From the NCBI GenBank assembly GCA_000320545.1, contig ADNK01000399.1:1-55397 (forward strand): a DNA stretch of 55,397 nucleotides, in the 5' to 3' direction. The first letter of the stretch is position 1; each line of letters begins with the position of its first letter. The translations under genes were made by a program, and so were the position numbers. This DNA is from Bigelowiella natans CCMP2755 (taxonomy: Eukaryota; Protista; Cercozoa). Below the pieces are notes generated by a model. That model saw nothing but the letters and a program-made list of their open reading frames with translations, had not been told where the DNA came from and did no database searches. Shown in pieces: positions 1 to 14,476 of this stretch.

Positions 1-16
1 ACACACACACACTTCT

Positions 17-60
<44 letters not shown>

Positions 61-242
61 TTCTCTCTTTCTCTCTAGAAGCCAACGGGTAATTGTTCAT
101 TGGGGTCTGTACCATGATGCACGTCACTTGTTAGTGGACACGATGCTCATTACATCGCAGTCATTTGCTGCCCTCCTCCTCCTCCTCCTCCCCCCTCCCT
201 TTCACTATCATCATCGTTATCATCATCATCATCATTATCCTG

Positions 243-360
243 TTATTCTCCTTCCTTCTCCGTATAATAAGTATGGGCGTACCTCTTCAGTCCTTGTCGT
301 GCTTCCGCAGGAACCTCATCCCACTGACGAGAGAAACCACCATCACCATCGCCATCGTCA

Positions 361-434
<74 letters not shown>

Positions 435-603
435 CTCACTGTCTATAATTGCAGGAGAGGCCAAGGATAGAAGAGAGAAAACCTTATTCAGCAGGACAGT
501 GAGCGGCCTCCCCTCCTCCTCGGCGAACTGATGAATGCAAGAACCGTAATTGTGGATGACAAAGGATGTTAGAAATTCGGGAGGAGAGTACGTGGGAGAA
601 CAG

Positions 604-640
<37 letters not shown>

Positions 641-928
641 GAAGAGAGGGAGAGGGAGAGAGGAAGAGAGGGAGAGGGAGAGAGAGAATGGAAAAAATGT
701 GAAGAAAATTAACCGACTTGGGCAATCCGTAGGTCATTCTGCGTAAGTATGGCCCTTGCGGGAAGGCTGAAAATGACGACCATGCAATCATGAGGCCACA
801 GTATTCATGATGACGGGGGGGGGGGGGATAACAGATCATAATAGAGCGCACCAGCGCACGTCGTAATCCGATGCCTCAAAAGATACTGCTTCGTCAGGCT
901 AGATGGATGCAACACACACACACACCCC

Positions 929-967
<39 letters not shown>

Positions 968-2098
968 CCACACGAATGTTCTTTGGTTGCAGTGGGAATA
1001 AAAAGACGATGGGGCAATATTGAGTCACACTGGGCAACTATCGTTGCGATCAGGAGTTTAGAACTCACACAGGAGAAATCACCAATGACATTCTTTCTTG
1101 TCCTTCGTTGCAGGACAGGAATTCATCGTTGTTTACCAATATAAAAACTTCTTGAAAATTTCATAGGTTTCACATATATCGTCAACGTTGTCGTCGTCGT
1201 CGTCGTTGTTGTTGGAAGAGGAGGAGGAGGAGGAGGAGGGGGGGGGTGGTGTTAAGCAATGTTTGACGATGGCGAACCCATCGAAACACCTCTATGTTGC
1301 TTCCCGTAGCATCCACCAACAAGCATGCGACATGAGATCTGATGATGATGATGATGATGATGATAGTGATGGTCACGTGGACGATGTAAGGCAATGGTGC
1401 TTGAGAACAAAAGAGACTTTCCAAAAGAATTCAGAGTAGAAATCGCCATTTCACCTGCGAATGGTATCCAACGCCTGGGCCATTGCAGCCGTATCGACCT
1501 TACACACAATCCATCACGGAGAGACATTGATATAGACTTCGTGCTGTACTGCTCTCTTCTCAAATCCGACTACGAATGATTCAAATTCATGCGACGTGCT
1601 GATTCCAAGTGCATGTCTCTGGCTAGTATTTTGGTCCTCCCCCTCCTCATCGCCATCGTCACTATCATCCCCACCGTCGCCATCATCATCATCACCATAG
1701 TAGTAATCATCCTAATCCCGGTCACCCACCTCTCCGAAGAGGTCAATCGTCTGGTTTCTAAGAACACTTTTGACTCGCTTCACGCCCGCTGTATCTGTGA
1801 GCTCTATGCTTATTTGCTGCTGGTGGTGATGGTGGTGGTGCTGCTGCTGGTGCTGGCCACTCTTGGAGTCTGATCTCCCATCTGGGACATGATGCAGCTT
1901 GTGCTGCTTGTTTCTGGAGCTGCCGCTGGTGCTGCTGCTGCTTGCATCGTGGGCCATAATTTTGACCGTGACGGTGTTGCGAGTCGTACCGGGGATAGGT
2001 GATGCCAGCGCACGCTCCGACCCAGAAAGCGTGTTTAACAACGTCGATTTTCCTAATTGTGGACGACACGGAGGGTGGGAGGCGAGTGCAATGATTCA

Positions 2099-2160
<62 letters not shown>

Positions 2161-3018
2161 ATAGGTTTTCATATTATATGGTATGCGCAACAAACGACGC
2201 AAAGGATGGTTCGTACCAACATTTGGCCTTCCGACGATCGCCAGGCGAAGAGGCTCCATCGGCTCGCTCTGATGTAACAACTGATAGATTAAGCGACGGC
2301 GTATGAGTGAAGTGGTCTCTTTGACGAGTGCTATTGCGACAGGATCAATTCTCACCTCTTTCGATGATGCATTCTTCGCCGTCGCAGCTTCATCACCTCC
2401 CTCCCCTGCCCGCACAGCGGAGGTATCTGCTACCCCCTTGCCGTTTGCACCGCCCTCACACAGATTCACGCCTGTCGCGCTTTCGAACTCCTCAGCAGCG
2501 GTCTACAAGATAGGGGGCTGTATTGAGTTGTCGTTGCATAAGGGGGGAGAATCCTTTCACTAAAGGAAAAAATGCAAAAATTATGGATGCGAGGCTGCTA
2601 TTGCGACTACCTGAAAGGCATGGTAAAGGTCGGCCATTCCCTCGCCGTGGGCCGCCGATATTGGGACGATATCACCGAGCCCTGTGTGCGCAGATGAATA
2701 CACGCATTCTGGGAGGGAACTTCGGGAGTCGTTCACAACGAAAAGGCTACTGCTACTGCTACTACTAGTACTACTACTGCCACTTCTACTACCTAGTGTG
2801 CTCTCCATAGATAGAAGCGTGCCCTCGTCGTACAGACCCTGGAGAGAAAAGAACTCAGGAAATGAAGGAGAGGAGCGTGTATGTATATGATTCATGCTGT
2901 GCGATATCAATTTGCAATCAACAATCTTGGCACGAAAAGTCAGCCGCGCACACCGCGGAGAATAACTCACGATATGCTTGACTGCCTCACTTCCCCTCCA
3001 CATTTATACAAACGCGTA

Positions 3019-3061
<43 letters not shown>

Positions 3062-4096
3062 TATTCACCTCACACTTGTTCGCCACGAGAAGTATTGGCT
3101 TTTTATGGTCCGTCGAATGCGATGCTCCAGTAGTTGTAGAGTTTGCTTTCGTGCCACTACTTCTGCAGATAGATTCCGTGCTAAATCCAACTCTACTGCG
3201 AAGCCATTGGGCATAATATTCATCTTCTGGTGTTACGCCTTCTCTCGCGTCAACTACCAGCACGATGATGTGGGATTTAGATATCACCTATTGATTGGAA
3301 ACACACCTTTCTGTAACAAGTGTGATCCAGGTCTATTGACCAGGAATTGGGAAATTAGGGAAGGAGTCGTATATTACGCTTTCTGTCTGCTTCAGGATGG
3401 CCTCTTTGAGCTCATTTGTTAGTTGCCGGCCTGGTAAAATGTCGGACCTTTTCTTGCTTTGTCTCATCACCTTCTCCACCTGCTCAAATCCGGCTGTGTC
3501 ATAGAGCTGCAAAGGGAGGCCAGCCAACCATCCTGTAGGAACACCATCAGTGACGCCCGTGCGTGGAAGGCAGGACGAAATGGGAGATGCAACAACAGCC
3601 TCTCTACCTTCGGAATGCTGCCAGTCTCTGGTGACCCCAGCTTCTTTGTTCACCTGAATGATGTAACCGGCCACTCAAATAGTAAATGGCGCGAACGCAT
3701 CCATGGAAGAGAAGAGAAGTGCATGTGCATCATGACTTTGAGCTACTACTCGTCGCCGTGTCATTAGTCGACGTACCAACGCCTTTTTGCGCCCGACCAA
3801 ACGGTTGAATAGGGTCGATTTGCCAACGTTTGGTCTTCCAACAATAGCAACATGGAGTCCAACGCCTGCATGATGAAAGTTTGTATGCCTTTTTAGGAAT
3901 TATTCGAACACCCGACATGTAGGGTATCATCGCCTTGTTTGTTACCAGGCTCCATGGTCGCCGAACGTCCGTTGGAAAAAGCCCTTGACCCAAGTGTCCT
4001 CATTGTCCTTGGCTGGTAGAATATTCGCCATGTCCGGAGTAACGATGCCCTCCGCATTCCGATGCGTGCCCGAAGCCTGGAGCGAAGGACAGACAT
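243..4096 (-). CDS. der: Der/EngA tandem-GTPase ribosome biogenesis factor, multi-exon, probably organelle (mitochondrion)-targeted; 3' part continues off the left edge
   Basis: Spliced translation gives two G domains. G1: [18 protein letters not shown] (~3780-3860), [34 protein letters not shown]2: [10 protein letters not shown]|KSTLLN, PGTTRN, LTDTAG, LLNK|WD (~300-490). Arg/Ser-rich N-terminus [21 protein letters not shown] from ATG 4096. GT-AG introns. Confidence 0.9.
362..432. repeat. Compound microsatellite (CA)n(TA)n, intronic
   Basis: Directly visible; representative of dozens of intronic SSRs in the window. Confidence 0.95.
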
Positions 4097-4433
4097 TCCA
4101 GGCTATCGGTGGGGATGCATTGAACACTCTGCTCGATGCCCGTTTTTGGGGGAAAAAATATAAGATATATTCGGCTTAAGTATTCCAAAATATCCTGTCA
4201 TGACCAGCCGGAAGAACACGTTTCAAAATTCAAGTTTCAGAATGCTACGAATTATCTCGATGTTCCAGGGGGTAAGAAACATGAACTTTACTTCTCCCTT
4301 CCAGGTTTCCCTCCCTCTCTCTCTCTCTCCCCTCGCCCCCACCCCCCCACACACCCCCTCCCTCCTTTACCATCTTTTCATCTTTTTTTATTTTAAATTC
4401 TCCTCTCAATTCAACTTTCTTGACTTTTGTTCT

Positions 4434-5000
4434 TGCTAGCTAGCTAGTGCAATTGATGTTGAAGATGGCTTCATCGTGCAGCACATCGACACATGCATGA
4501 GCGTGTGTGTCATTGTTCATGCTACAACTCTTGTGCTCCAACGTCGCATGCATGGTGTGTGTCTGTGATGGTAGCACATGAGAATGACTGACTGCATTTG
4601 CATGCACACCGTGCGTGCGATGTGCACAGGTGCACAGCGCATGTGACGTAGCGTCTAGAGCGTGGCAGCCCTGCCAGCCTGCCACAGCGAACAAAGTTGA
4701 ATGTGCATGAACGCACAAGCATGCAAGTGAACAATGCACGTACACACTATGAACATCATCGAGACTCCCAACTCGTCAGTGCATCAGCGTGTGTCGAAAC
4801 TACATCTCGATCAACGTGTCGTCGCACTGCTAGTACTCAAAGGTGCGTGCATTACCAAGCCTTTGCATGCCCTACACTCGCTCTCATGACAGCGCTGACA
4901 ATGATATGTTGGAATTTTGGATGCATGGGAGCGACACATCAATAGATACAATTTCGCGCCCCATCTGGCCATCTACATGCTAGCATGCACGGCTTCACTT
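4434..5000. other. Palindrome-rich intergenic island A
   Basis: Dense CATG/TGCA/CTAG. (CTAG)3 at 4436; CATGCTAGCATG at 4976-4987. Lies 3' of the gene ending at 5183. Confidence 0.8.
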
Positions 5001-5182
5001 GTTAAAATTTCGGCAACATCTAATCTTTTACAATGTGAACTTCTTCCATTGCTAGATTGCGCAAATTCGCGGGCTCAAAAGTTTTCTTTCATTAATTTTG
5101 TTATCATTGCTGTTCTCATCATCATCGTCCTTGTCATGTTGAGAGTGCGGCTTTCATTGGGGGAGAAATCGCTCGACGTCCT

Positions 5183-8100
5183 CTACAATAGGTGAACGGG
5201 AAGTAAGGTTCGAATCAGGGGAAAATCTAGTGGTTGAAGGATGATGTGGATGCCTGGTTAAACAACACACACAAACACACGCGCGCGCACACGTGTTTAT
5301 GTAACCATGATGCCGAATTACCTATAAACCGTATGTAATTTGGTGTGCGGGAGTCATTAGCCTGAAGCCTGTAGTATCTGTTCGCCTTGCTCGGCCTGTA
5401 CGTACACGCATACAAATTACATAATCAGCTTCTCGCCATCTCAAATATCTCCCTCTAACGCTCTCTACTCCGTCTTCTCCTTTCTCAACTTACAGAGGTG
5501 GGAACGGTATGATAGGCGGATACTGTTGATGATGCTGTCCCCGGCGCCGGACGGCGTCGGTAGTGGTTGCTTCCCCCCCTGCCGCTGCTGAGGATGGGGG
5601 AGGAATCCTGTTCTCAACCAATTCTCGCACCTATGATCAGATCGCATATATGTAATTTTTGAAGTAGAATTAGCGGTGTTGGTGGTAGTAGTAGTAGTAG
5701 TAGTAGCAGTAGTAGTCGTAGAAGTAGTTGTTGTAGTAAGTAGTAGTAGTAGTAGTAGTAGTAGTAGCTGTAGTGGTGCTATCCGTTTCGGCATAGAAGT
5801 TCTAATGAAATGGGCACAACAACATCATATGTAGCAGCTGGCACCCACCTCCATGCGGTCCGCGTAAGTATACGGTTTCTTGAATATCCGTTCCCATACT
5901 TTCCTGCAGGGGATATATTATCGTACATGGCGTTCGTAACATTGAAAAAGAAAAAGGAAATGAATGCGCAAGGGAGTTGTGCAGTGAGAAAAGGCCGCAT
6001 TTACTGAACTATCATTGGATATCATATCGCTTCAGCCCATCGTTATTCATCGTTGAGGCGTTGTTTTTACTCTGAGAAAGAGCCTGTATCTGGCCTCTGG
6101 ATGAAGTCGAGACTTCCCCATGAATGCTGTCTTTGCCTCCTCCTCTTTTCGCTTCTTTTCCGCTCATGTTGTTCGTGGAGCTGCAGCAACGGCCCCACCT
6201 TTCGTGCTTTCGAGAACTCCGATAGCTTGGTGGATGTGAGAGGAAGAGTGAGGACAGTAAGACAATACTGGTTTGTTCGTTAGTTAGCACATGTGTGCCT
6301 CGCTGTGTAAGTGTGCGCGTCATATGATAGATATTTTTCATGGCTCCCCTCTTTTCTAATACCGGGCCTGTAAGACGCGGGTATAATCCCTGCTCCTTTG
6401 AGAGGAGACGCAAAGGCGATGACTTGGATGACAAAGAGGACGACGACGCTGTTGTAACTTTCCGCTCCTCATCATCGCCGTCGTCAGCGTCGGTATTACG
6501 ATGACCGAAACCTGAGTGCCATCTTGCTTTCCCTCCTACCCCTGATTCGTTAGTAACGACAAGATATAAACAGTGAATAGAGCAGAACTGCAGCAATATG
6601 GCTTGCGATTCCTAGGAATGTGAGGAACACATCGGTGACTCCCTTCTCTCTTTGCGAGGACGGAATCATCAACATTTGCGCGATCATCGAGCTTCATCGT
6701 AAAAAACCTACCTTTATCTGCTGCCAGAGCGGAGTCCCACAGTAGATCGAGTTGCTTTATCCGTGTGTCATCTTCGTCGTCATCTGTTGCTGCTACTGCC
6801 AGCTGCTCTAGCTCATAGTCAAGGTCCTGTGCGGTGGTATCATCTTCGTGTAAGTCACATGGAAGAAGAAGAAGAAGAAGAAGAAGAAGAAGAAGAGGAG
6901 GAGGAGGGAGAAGAGGGGAGGCAGCAAGAATATCCACCCTCTAGAGCTACGCTCGACAGAATTATGAGAAGCTGCGAAGTCATGTATCGAAAGAAATTAA
7001 AGTAGATCATTCTCCCCCCCCTTCCCTCTGCCTCCTCACTTACTCTCGTTCCTTCTGGCGGAGGTATTCCGTTGGTCTGTCGCTTTTTGCCTTCCACCCC
7101 CCCCCCCACTTCTTCTCCTTTCCCAACTACTAGATCCTCGAGAATATGCCGGTAGCGGTAGAGCCAGTAGCCTTTAGGCCTTTCCAGCTGCGCCCCACAC
7201 ACCAGCATGGTTGCCGACTCGCTGCTCATTCCACCGACGACATTGTCTATCCCCTGCGGTGGGCCTCCCATCAGCTGCTTCAACGACGACGACGACGACG
7301 ATGATGATGATGATGATGATGATTCGGAGGCTGCTCCAGTGGCTGCGTTGGTGGCAGAGTCTAGAGCTGCTAAGATCCCCTTTCCGCACCTGTACTTCAT
7401 CAGGATCTGCCTTGGCCAGAGAAGAGAGTCGAGGCGAGGGACACCTGTTGTAGTGTTAACTAGACGCGGAACCACGCCAACGAATGGGGTGCGATAAAAG
7501 CCTGAGGGCGGCAGCGGCGTGATAAGATGCCCATCCACTATGCGCGGCTTTCCTGCTATTTCTTGGAGGTCCTCTAGCACCTTCTCGCGCATCATATCCA
7601 TCCCCACCTGTCATATGTAAAGAGGAGGAAGGAGGAGTAGGAGGAGGAGGAGGGAGGAGTAGGAGGAGAAGGAGGGAAGAATGAGAAGGAGGGTTGGTAA
7701 AGATTTGTTCGAAGCTTCGGAGATGGGAGTGGTGGTTGCGGTCACAGCACCATAAAATTAAAAAAATAACGAATGATCGTAATAATAAAAAAAAGAAGAA
7801 GAAGAAGGAGAAGAAAGGCCCCAAAAAAAAAAATCGCTCTACTGCTAGTGTGTTGTTATACGACCGAAATTGCCTCCATGTCGCTCGGCTCCATGCTCAG
7901 CAGCTCCCGACTGGCTTTCAGGAGCTTAACAATCTCCGCGTCCACGCGCTTTAAGTTGATGTCACTAGTGTGTCGCAAGCGGAATCGAAACTGGTCAGCT
8001 AGATCCTGGAAGATAAGCGCCAGCTGTTTCTTCCTCCTCTCCGCTACCATGTACTGGCCCATCTGCACGCGAGCTGCTAAATCCCTCTGAATGGCAGCGA

Positions 8101-9176
8101 TGACGATAGCGATCTCGGGATATGCTTTGATTAATGCCAGGATACGGTCCGGAACTGTCCTAAGCAGGTTGGATGTTGACGTGGAGTTCACACTAAACAC
8201 CCCAGTTTTCTGGAGGTACGTGTAGGCGGCGCCTCCGAGCTTCCTGTCATCATACATGTGTTTCAGACTCGGGATACGAGGTATACTCAAGGTTTCTACG
8301 TGTGAAATTGGCAATGCTTTCGGGGGTCGCATATCAACCCTCTCTGCCTCCAAAGTCTAACTAGCTTTTTAATTCAATACTCTGAGAAGGTAGAAATGGT
8401 GCAAATCGATGCGGAATGGGCTTTAAGACGGTCTCGTTTTGTTTCGTTTCATTATGTTCTTGGAGTTTTTAACACAAAAATGGAGAACCTGTAAGCGTCC
8501 GCGTCAAATCCTTTCCCTGTCAAAGCTTCGGGTCGGATTCCTAACTCTTTTGAAAAATGGCGATGTTCGCCGGTGTCTTGTCGTAGCCTCGGCCGGTCTT
8601 CTTCCCCCCTCCCTGGTTCAATATGATGGGGGATGGCGCTGGGGATATGAGGAGGAGGAACTACATTCGGCAAAGGAGACGGGGCAGCATGAGGCATGTT
8701 CGTTGGTGGAACTATATTGGAATAACTTCCTTGTGCAGCGAAGCTCGCTGGTTGGAAAGAGTTCGGATGCAACTGCTGCTGCTGCTGTTGGTGATGGTGA
8801 TATGGCGCCGGCGGAACCCCTCCGCCTCCACCCGGAATACTTGGGTTACCAAATGGGGGTTGCAATGAAGGAGGGGGGGTGGGATTAGGCGTTGGAGTTA
8901 GTTTTGGCTGGGAAGATCCTCCGAACGGCGACCATGAAAAACCGAGTTGTCTAGAGGGGGAAGATGGGCGTTTGAGTAAGGGCTATGAAACATGAGGCGT
9001 TTGATTCATCGGTTCAATTACGGTTGTTGCTGAATATGCAGATAGTCGTCGCTTTCGCTGTCATCGGAGAAGCCACGTGAGGGCTCCAACCCGTTTTTAT
9101 GACGGATGTAGAGGAGGGAACAAAGGCACACGAGCCAACACAGGAGGCGCGGTGCAGGCCGTCGCCATCGAATCAT
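5183..9176 (-). CDS. Multi-exon protein of unknown function with an N-terminal signal-peptide-like segment and a Pro/Gln-rich region
   Basis: Several long minus-strand ORF segments (8452-8865, 7856-8353, 6855-7607, 6536-6937, 6012-6596). The junctions checked can be joined in frame by GT-AG introns; the middle ones (~6000-7050) were not resolved. Start MIRWRRPAPRLLCWLVCLCSLLYIRH, inferred end ...RTLLPVHLL*. No family recognised; exact ends uncertain. Confidence 0.55.
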
Positions 9177-9643
9177 CCTCGCTATCTGAATACACATTTG
9201 TGAAAAATTGTCGTGCAGAGAATCTACGGGGGGGGGGACCTAATCCGGACAGCCAGCGCTCCCATGGAGTATCCCCCCGGCTCGAAACTTACTCCCTCTC
9301 CCTCCCGGTTCTGGTCCAAGTCAGCGGGCGTGAGAGATTCTGTGTCGTCTTGTCGCAGGGTGGAGGCGGTTGCGCGGGTACAGGTAATATGGCCATTTAC
9401 GGCCGTTTACCACAGCAAAAGGCATGTCTTTGTATAGAAAGGAATGAGATTCTGCGACAACGGCTTGCCATTTCATGAGATAAAAATTGCATGTCAAATA
9501 TAGGATATTTTCGGTACGAGACATGGCTTCTTTTGATGTCGCTCTGCCATGATTCTTCGTGCTCTCCGACGTCCCGCACAGGTCCTTGTGTAAGCTAACT
9601 TCCAGCGTCTCTGCGGCCTCGACGGGATGGGATCTGCTGGGTG

Positions 9644-10490
9644 ATGGCTCGATGGATTTCCCTGGGGCTCATTCTTGTGGCAGTGCTTGTCATAACACAG
9701 GATGGGGGCCCTGCGCGGAGCCACGAGGTTGAAGATAACTGGCAAACTAACTAACATGGCTCACAGCATGATTGTCACTGAACAAGCTTTGCCATCTCTT
9801 GTAGGCGATGCCCTCACTCAACTTGAGTCCAGATTCCCCACATGGGGGTTCATTCGGCCTTAGGGAACACAGCACCACAACCACCCTGGCGCCTAAGCAG
9901 AAGTCAATGACGTTGCCAGAGGTGCAGCTCCCAGATCTCTCTCGCTTATCCCTCTCAGCCCCTGGCATGCGGGGAAAGCGCATAAGACTTATGCCTGCCA
10001 AATCGGACAAATCGCAGGATGCCACAGCTCCAAGTGAGCTTAGAATGCTCAATGTTAAGGAGGTCTACGGTAATGGAATTATATACGAAATGTGATTGTG
10101 CATCCAGACGCGAATATAGATCCCCGAGAGCTCCTGGTAGGATTAGACCATGCTCAAAATTTTTAATGGGGACTATCACTATAATTTTCAGAAGAGCTAC
10201 GGGTACTGGAAAATAATGACCCACTCCCTCGGAAAGCTGCTGCGTTTGCCGCGTTTGGGAAGAAATTGGAGACGAAATACTATGTATTGCATAATTAATT
10301 TTATTGGACTATCTATCTACTTCCTACACGCCCACAACATATAGATGATTATTTTATATGAATTTTGCAGTCTCATCCCGTACCTCAGAAGCCCGCTCTC
10401 ACCAAGGTCAGAGTCAGTAAAACAGCAACATGAATGAAACCTATGGTTTTGCTATTCTGACTTGAAGTCAAGCAACTGACGTGCATGTGC

Positions 10491-10525
<35 letters not shown>

Positions 10526-11925
10526 AGCGGGTGTATGTATGTCGAGTTTCGTACAGAGTCTTTTGCATTTCAAACTGAGGAGATACCCATTTATATATTA
10601 GGTTGGCCTTTTCACCGTCGGCCGTGGTTTGAAGGCGCGCAAGAGGCTTCCTAGCATGCGGAATTTGACGACAGTTTTGAAATTGGCAACCGATTCTCCC
10701 ATTCGTCAAACTAGGGCTACAGAGGCCGCAGGTTGTATTATCCAACACAACGTTTGTGGATGTTGCTTGTCAGCATCATTGCGTAATGCAACACAGCGCG
10801 CTCGCCCTCTCCTCGCGCTCACGAATCTAAAATGCTCAATGGCGTCGTTTTGATTTATTTTGCAGAAGCTGTGCTACGCGCCCACAAAAGGCGAAATTTC
10901 ACCGAGGACCAAGCGGTGAGAGTGAGATTGAGGAAGAGGATGAGGGGGGGGGGGGGGGTTATCAAAAAAACGGTTCTGTTCCGAGCATGCGACTTGAATG
11001 AATTACTTCTCTTCCAAACATAGGTTTTCGTACAAATCGGGCTGAAAATTATGAAGGAAGGTTAATGCTCATCATAGTAGTGCACACATGACAGCCCTAG
11101 GACGATGGGCTTGGAACAATAATTCTCCTATTTTATCGAATGCTAATTTACAAGGACAATCGTCATCGTAATGAATGATGATGGATTTTAATCACGCTGG
11201 GTGGGTTGTCGTTGTTGTTATTCCAGTGCGAGTCGGGTTTGCGAAACGCGTATCTCCGCTCCGAATACGGCTCCCCCACTCGATCTGGAAAGCTCGTGAT
11301 CCGAAAATGTAGTGGCTTTGGGGGGGGGAGGGATCGGATTATGGGGATTATTTACCAGTTGGCCGGTCATGTGACCTCCTCGCATTCATATCGTAGGTGT
11401 GTTATCACCCGGCAGGAACACAGGCACTTTCTGCACCATGCCTTCGAAAAAACGGTCCTCGTCGCAGTTGTGGCTAGTTTGGCTGCGCATGCACGCCCGA
11501 ATCGTGAAATTACGATTGGTGTTCTTGCCGCGCGTTTCTACTTTACTTCAAACCATGAGCCTCGTTGATGTGTGTTTGTGTGTGTGTTTGCATCCGAAGG
11601 TAAGTGTTGTCGTTGACGTTCCTGGGTATGTGGGGAAACTAGGTATGTCAATACGAACACCAATCAACTACAAACACCAATCAAAGTTAGGAGAAGAAAG
11701 GGGAAACTGAGGGCAAGGCGAGGGTGGGGGATGATAGGGTATCGCAGCATTTCAATTCTAAAGACCATTCCTCTCCTCAGGAATCTCCTTCGCGAACCGT
11801 ACCATTGTGAGTGTGAAGAAAGGCCGGTAATACGTTGACATCGCTCGATCATTCGTCGTCGGTGGAATATTGATACATAGAGGGAGAAAGATATTTTATT
11901 CTAGAATAAACAGCAACGCACAAAC

Positions 11926-11996
<71 letters not shown>

Positions 11997-12842
11997 AGCA
12001 TGATATAAATAAAGACACACATAATCATCATCATCGTCATCAATACTTGTGAAAGGGTTGGGGATCGAATTGGGCTGCGGGAAGGTGATGTCATCTCCCA
12101 CATTGACAACAAGAGGACAAAGGTGCGAGGAAAGGAATAGGACTAGCTATCGAAACAACAGCATCAACAACAACACAGCAACAATATCACACGTTTAGCA
12201 AGCAATACAGTCAATAGCAGAGAAGCAAATGCCGAATTGAATGGCGGGAGGAGGTTTTTGTTAATTACGCTTGCGAGGAACGAATGCATATGCAGCGATG
12301 ACCAACTGTCAAAAAACGAATATTCGACTACAGCCTCTTCCTCATACTTCGTCTCCTAACTTCCCTTCACCCCCCCCCCCCCCTTCCATTCTCGATGCGT
12401 CATATAAAGACCCAAGACGAGTGCGTGGCGAAACTTGCACGGGTCAAGGGCGAAAACCGCCCCTACAAGATCGTAGTCAGGAGAGGTCGCTGTGATGTTG
12501 TTCGGCGTGTGTGGTGGGGCATGTATGTGCGTGCATGCGTTTCTGATTATTGTTGCTGTGCGTGTGCATCTTTGCTAGTGCTTCTAGCTACATCGTTATC
12601 ATCATCATCATCATCATCATCATCGTCATCGTTAACTTTCCCCATCCTCATCTCATCCTTTTTGAATTACTCTTTTATGTTCGATGGTAATGCTGCCGTG
12701 GTTGGTTGGTGCTGCTGGCAGTTGGGCGGTATGCTGACTCTCCGTACGTGAGGCGTGTGCTGAGCATAGAGAGACTGCGGATTGCTTATAAAACGTAAGT
12801 GCCCGTCAAATCATATATGATCAAATATGTATTTAATTCATG

Positions 12843-12938
<96 letters not shown>

Positions 12939-14414
12939 TGTCTAGATGAAGGAAAGTGATAACGGATTTGGGGGGGGGGGGGTGATGGTAATGTAGGAGG
13001 GTGATATATTAAATGCTAATGTTGTATTATCCTTATACCTTTGTTCCTTCTCCTCCCCCCCCTCTATCTTTATAATGGTTAGATTTCATTTGCGAAGAGA
13101 GTTGTTAGGCCAGTATGATATGTTTCTTACCGACAAGAAGGTGTACCGTTCATCATCCTGACAGAAAGAAACCAAGAGGGGGGGTAGAAGAAGGGAGAGA
13201 GAGAGAGGGAGAGAGAGAGAGAAAGAGAGAGAGGGAGAGAGGGTGAAGTCTGCATGTGCCAGGAGTGTAAAGTGCATACACTGCACAAAGAGGCCTACCA
13301 GCACGAGGGGGGGGGGAGAAGAGCCCACATTTTGCTTTTTCCGTGCATGTGGCCTACTACTGCCATCCTACGGTCAGCGTGAAGATGTATAAACAATTTT
13401 ATGGTTTCCAGCTCCCTTCCATGAAATCTGAGCGTTGTCTTTCGTGTCTCTCTGTTTTTTCACTGCTAATACGCATCTCGAAAAGATGACGCATCGAGTG
13501 GCTCAGGTCGCCAGTTAACATAATGATTCATCGCGCGTGTGTGTGTGTGTTGTGTTTTGATTGGAAAAATAAAGTTGTATTTCGCGTGTATTGGGACGGC
13601 AAATAAGTAGTAGCAGTGTAGTGCTGACTTACGACGACGATTTCATGGCCTCCTCCTCCTCCTTCTCCTCCTCCTTTGAATATCAGTTGATGGGAGCCAA
13701 ATTCATCCGGAAAAACCGGCTACCAATACCGATAAGGGTAGACGATGGATATGTGATGATGACGATAATGTTGATAGGAATAGTCCCTTTCCACCAGATG
13801 CATTGATGTATAATGTGCTTTGTTCCTCTGCCCCCTCCCCCCCTCCCTGCGATTTCTCCAGGTGTCGAAGAACCGAACGTCGGTTGACCAAGAGATTGCG
13901 GAAGTGCTGAAGTAAGATGAGGATGATTGTTGTATATATCTAGAGAGCAATGTTACACGTAAAAACTTCGATTGTCACTTGCAGAGTAAATATTTCATTA
14001 TGGAAATGGCGATTTGCTGCATTGCTTCTTCGCCCTCCTTGGCTGATATAGTATGTAATATGACCCCTAAATCTGCACAATTCTTCATGACTCTCAGTAC
14101 CACATTCGTGCAAGAAACAAACGGCGATTGTCTCACCGTCAGGTCCCTTTTGCAAATACATACATCTTAAAATATATTTCATAGAAATCATAGGATGTGT
14201 GCATTTTTGTGTTTGTGTGCGCGATTTCCTGCCATGAGTTGCCGCATTGTGTTGGGCAGAGTGGGCGACACAAATATGAGCGGAAAAGAACTTGCAGAAA
14301 ACATACGGTAGAAGAGCATTTCCTTCTCATGATATATCTACAAAACACATATAGAAACAACTACCCGCATAGATTTACACAGTCATATGTTATAACGTTA
14401 GCAAGCCAGCGCAA

Positions 14415-14476
<62 letters not shown>

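Noticed and set aside
128-3216. Many plus-strand ORFs with [12 protein letters not shown] or poly-L/I tracts
   Set aside because: They are translations of microsatellites antisense to the der gene.
4440-4945. His/Cys/Ala/Met-rich ORFs in island A (similar ones in B and D)
   Set aside because: A by-product of CATG/TGCA-rich composition, with no splice context or protein motifs.
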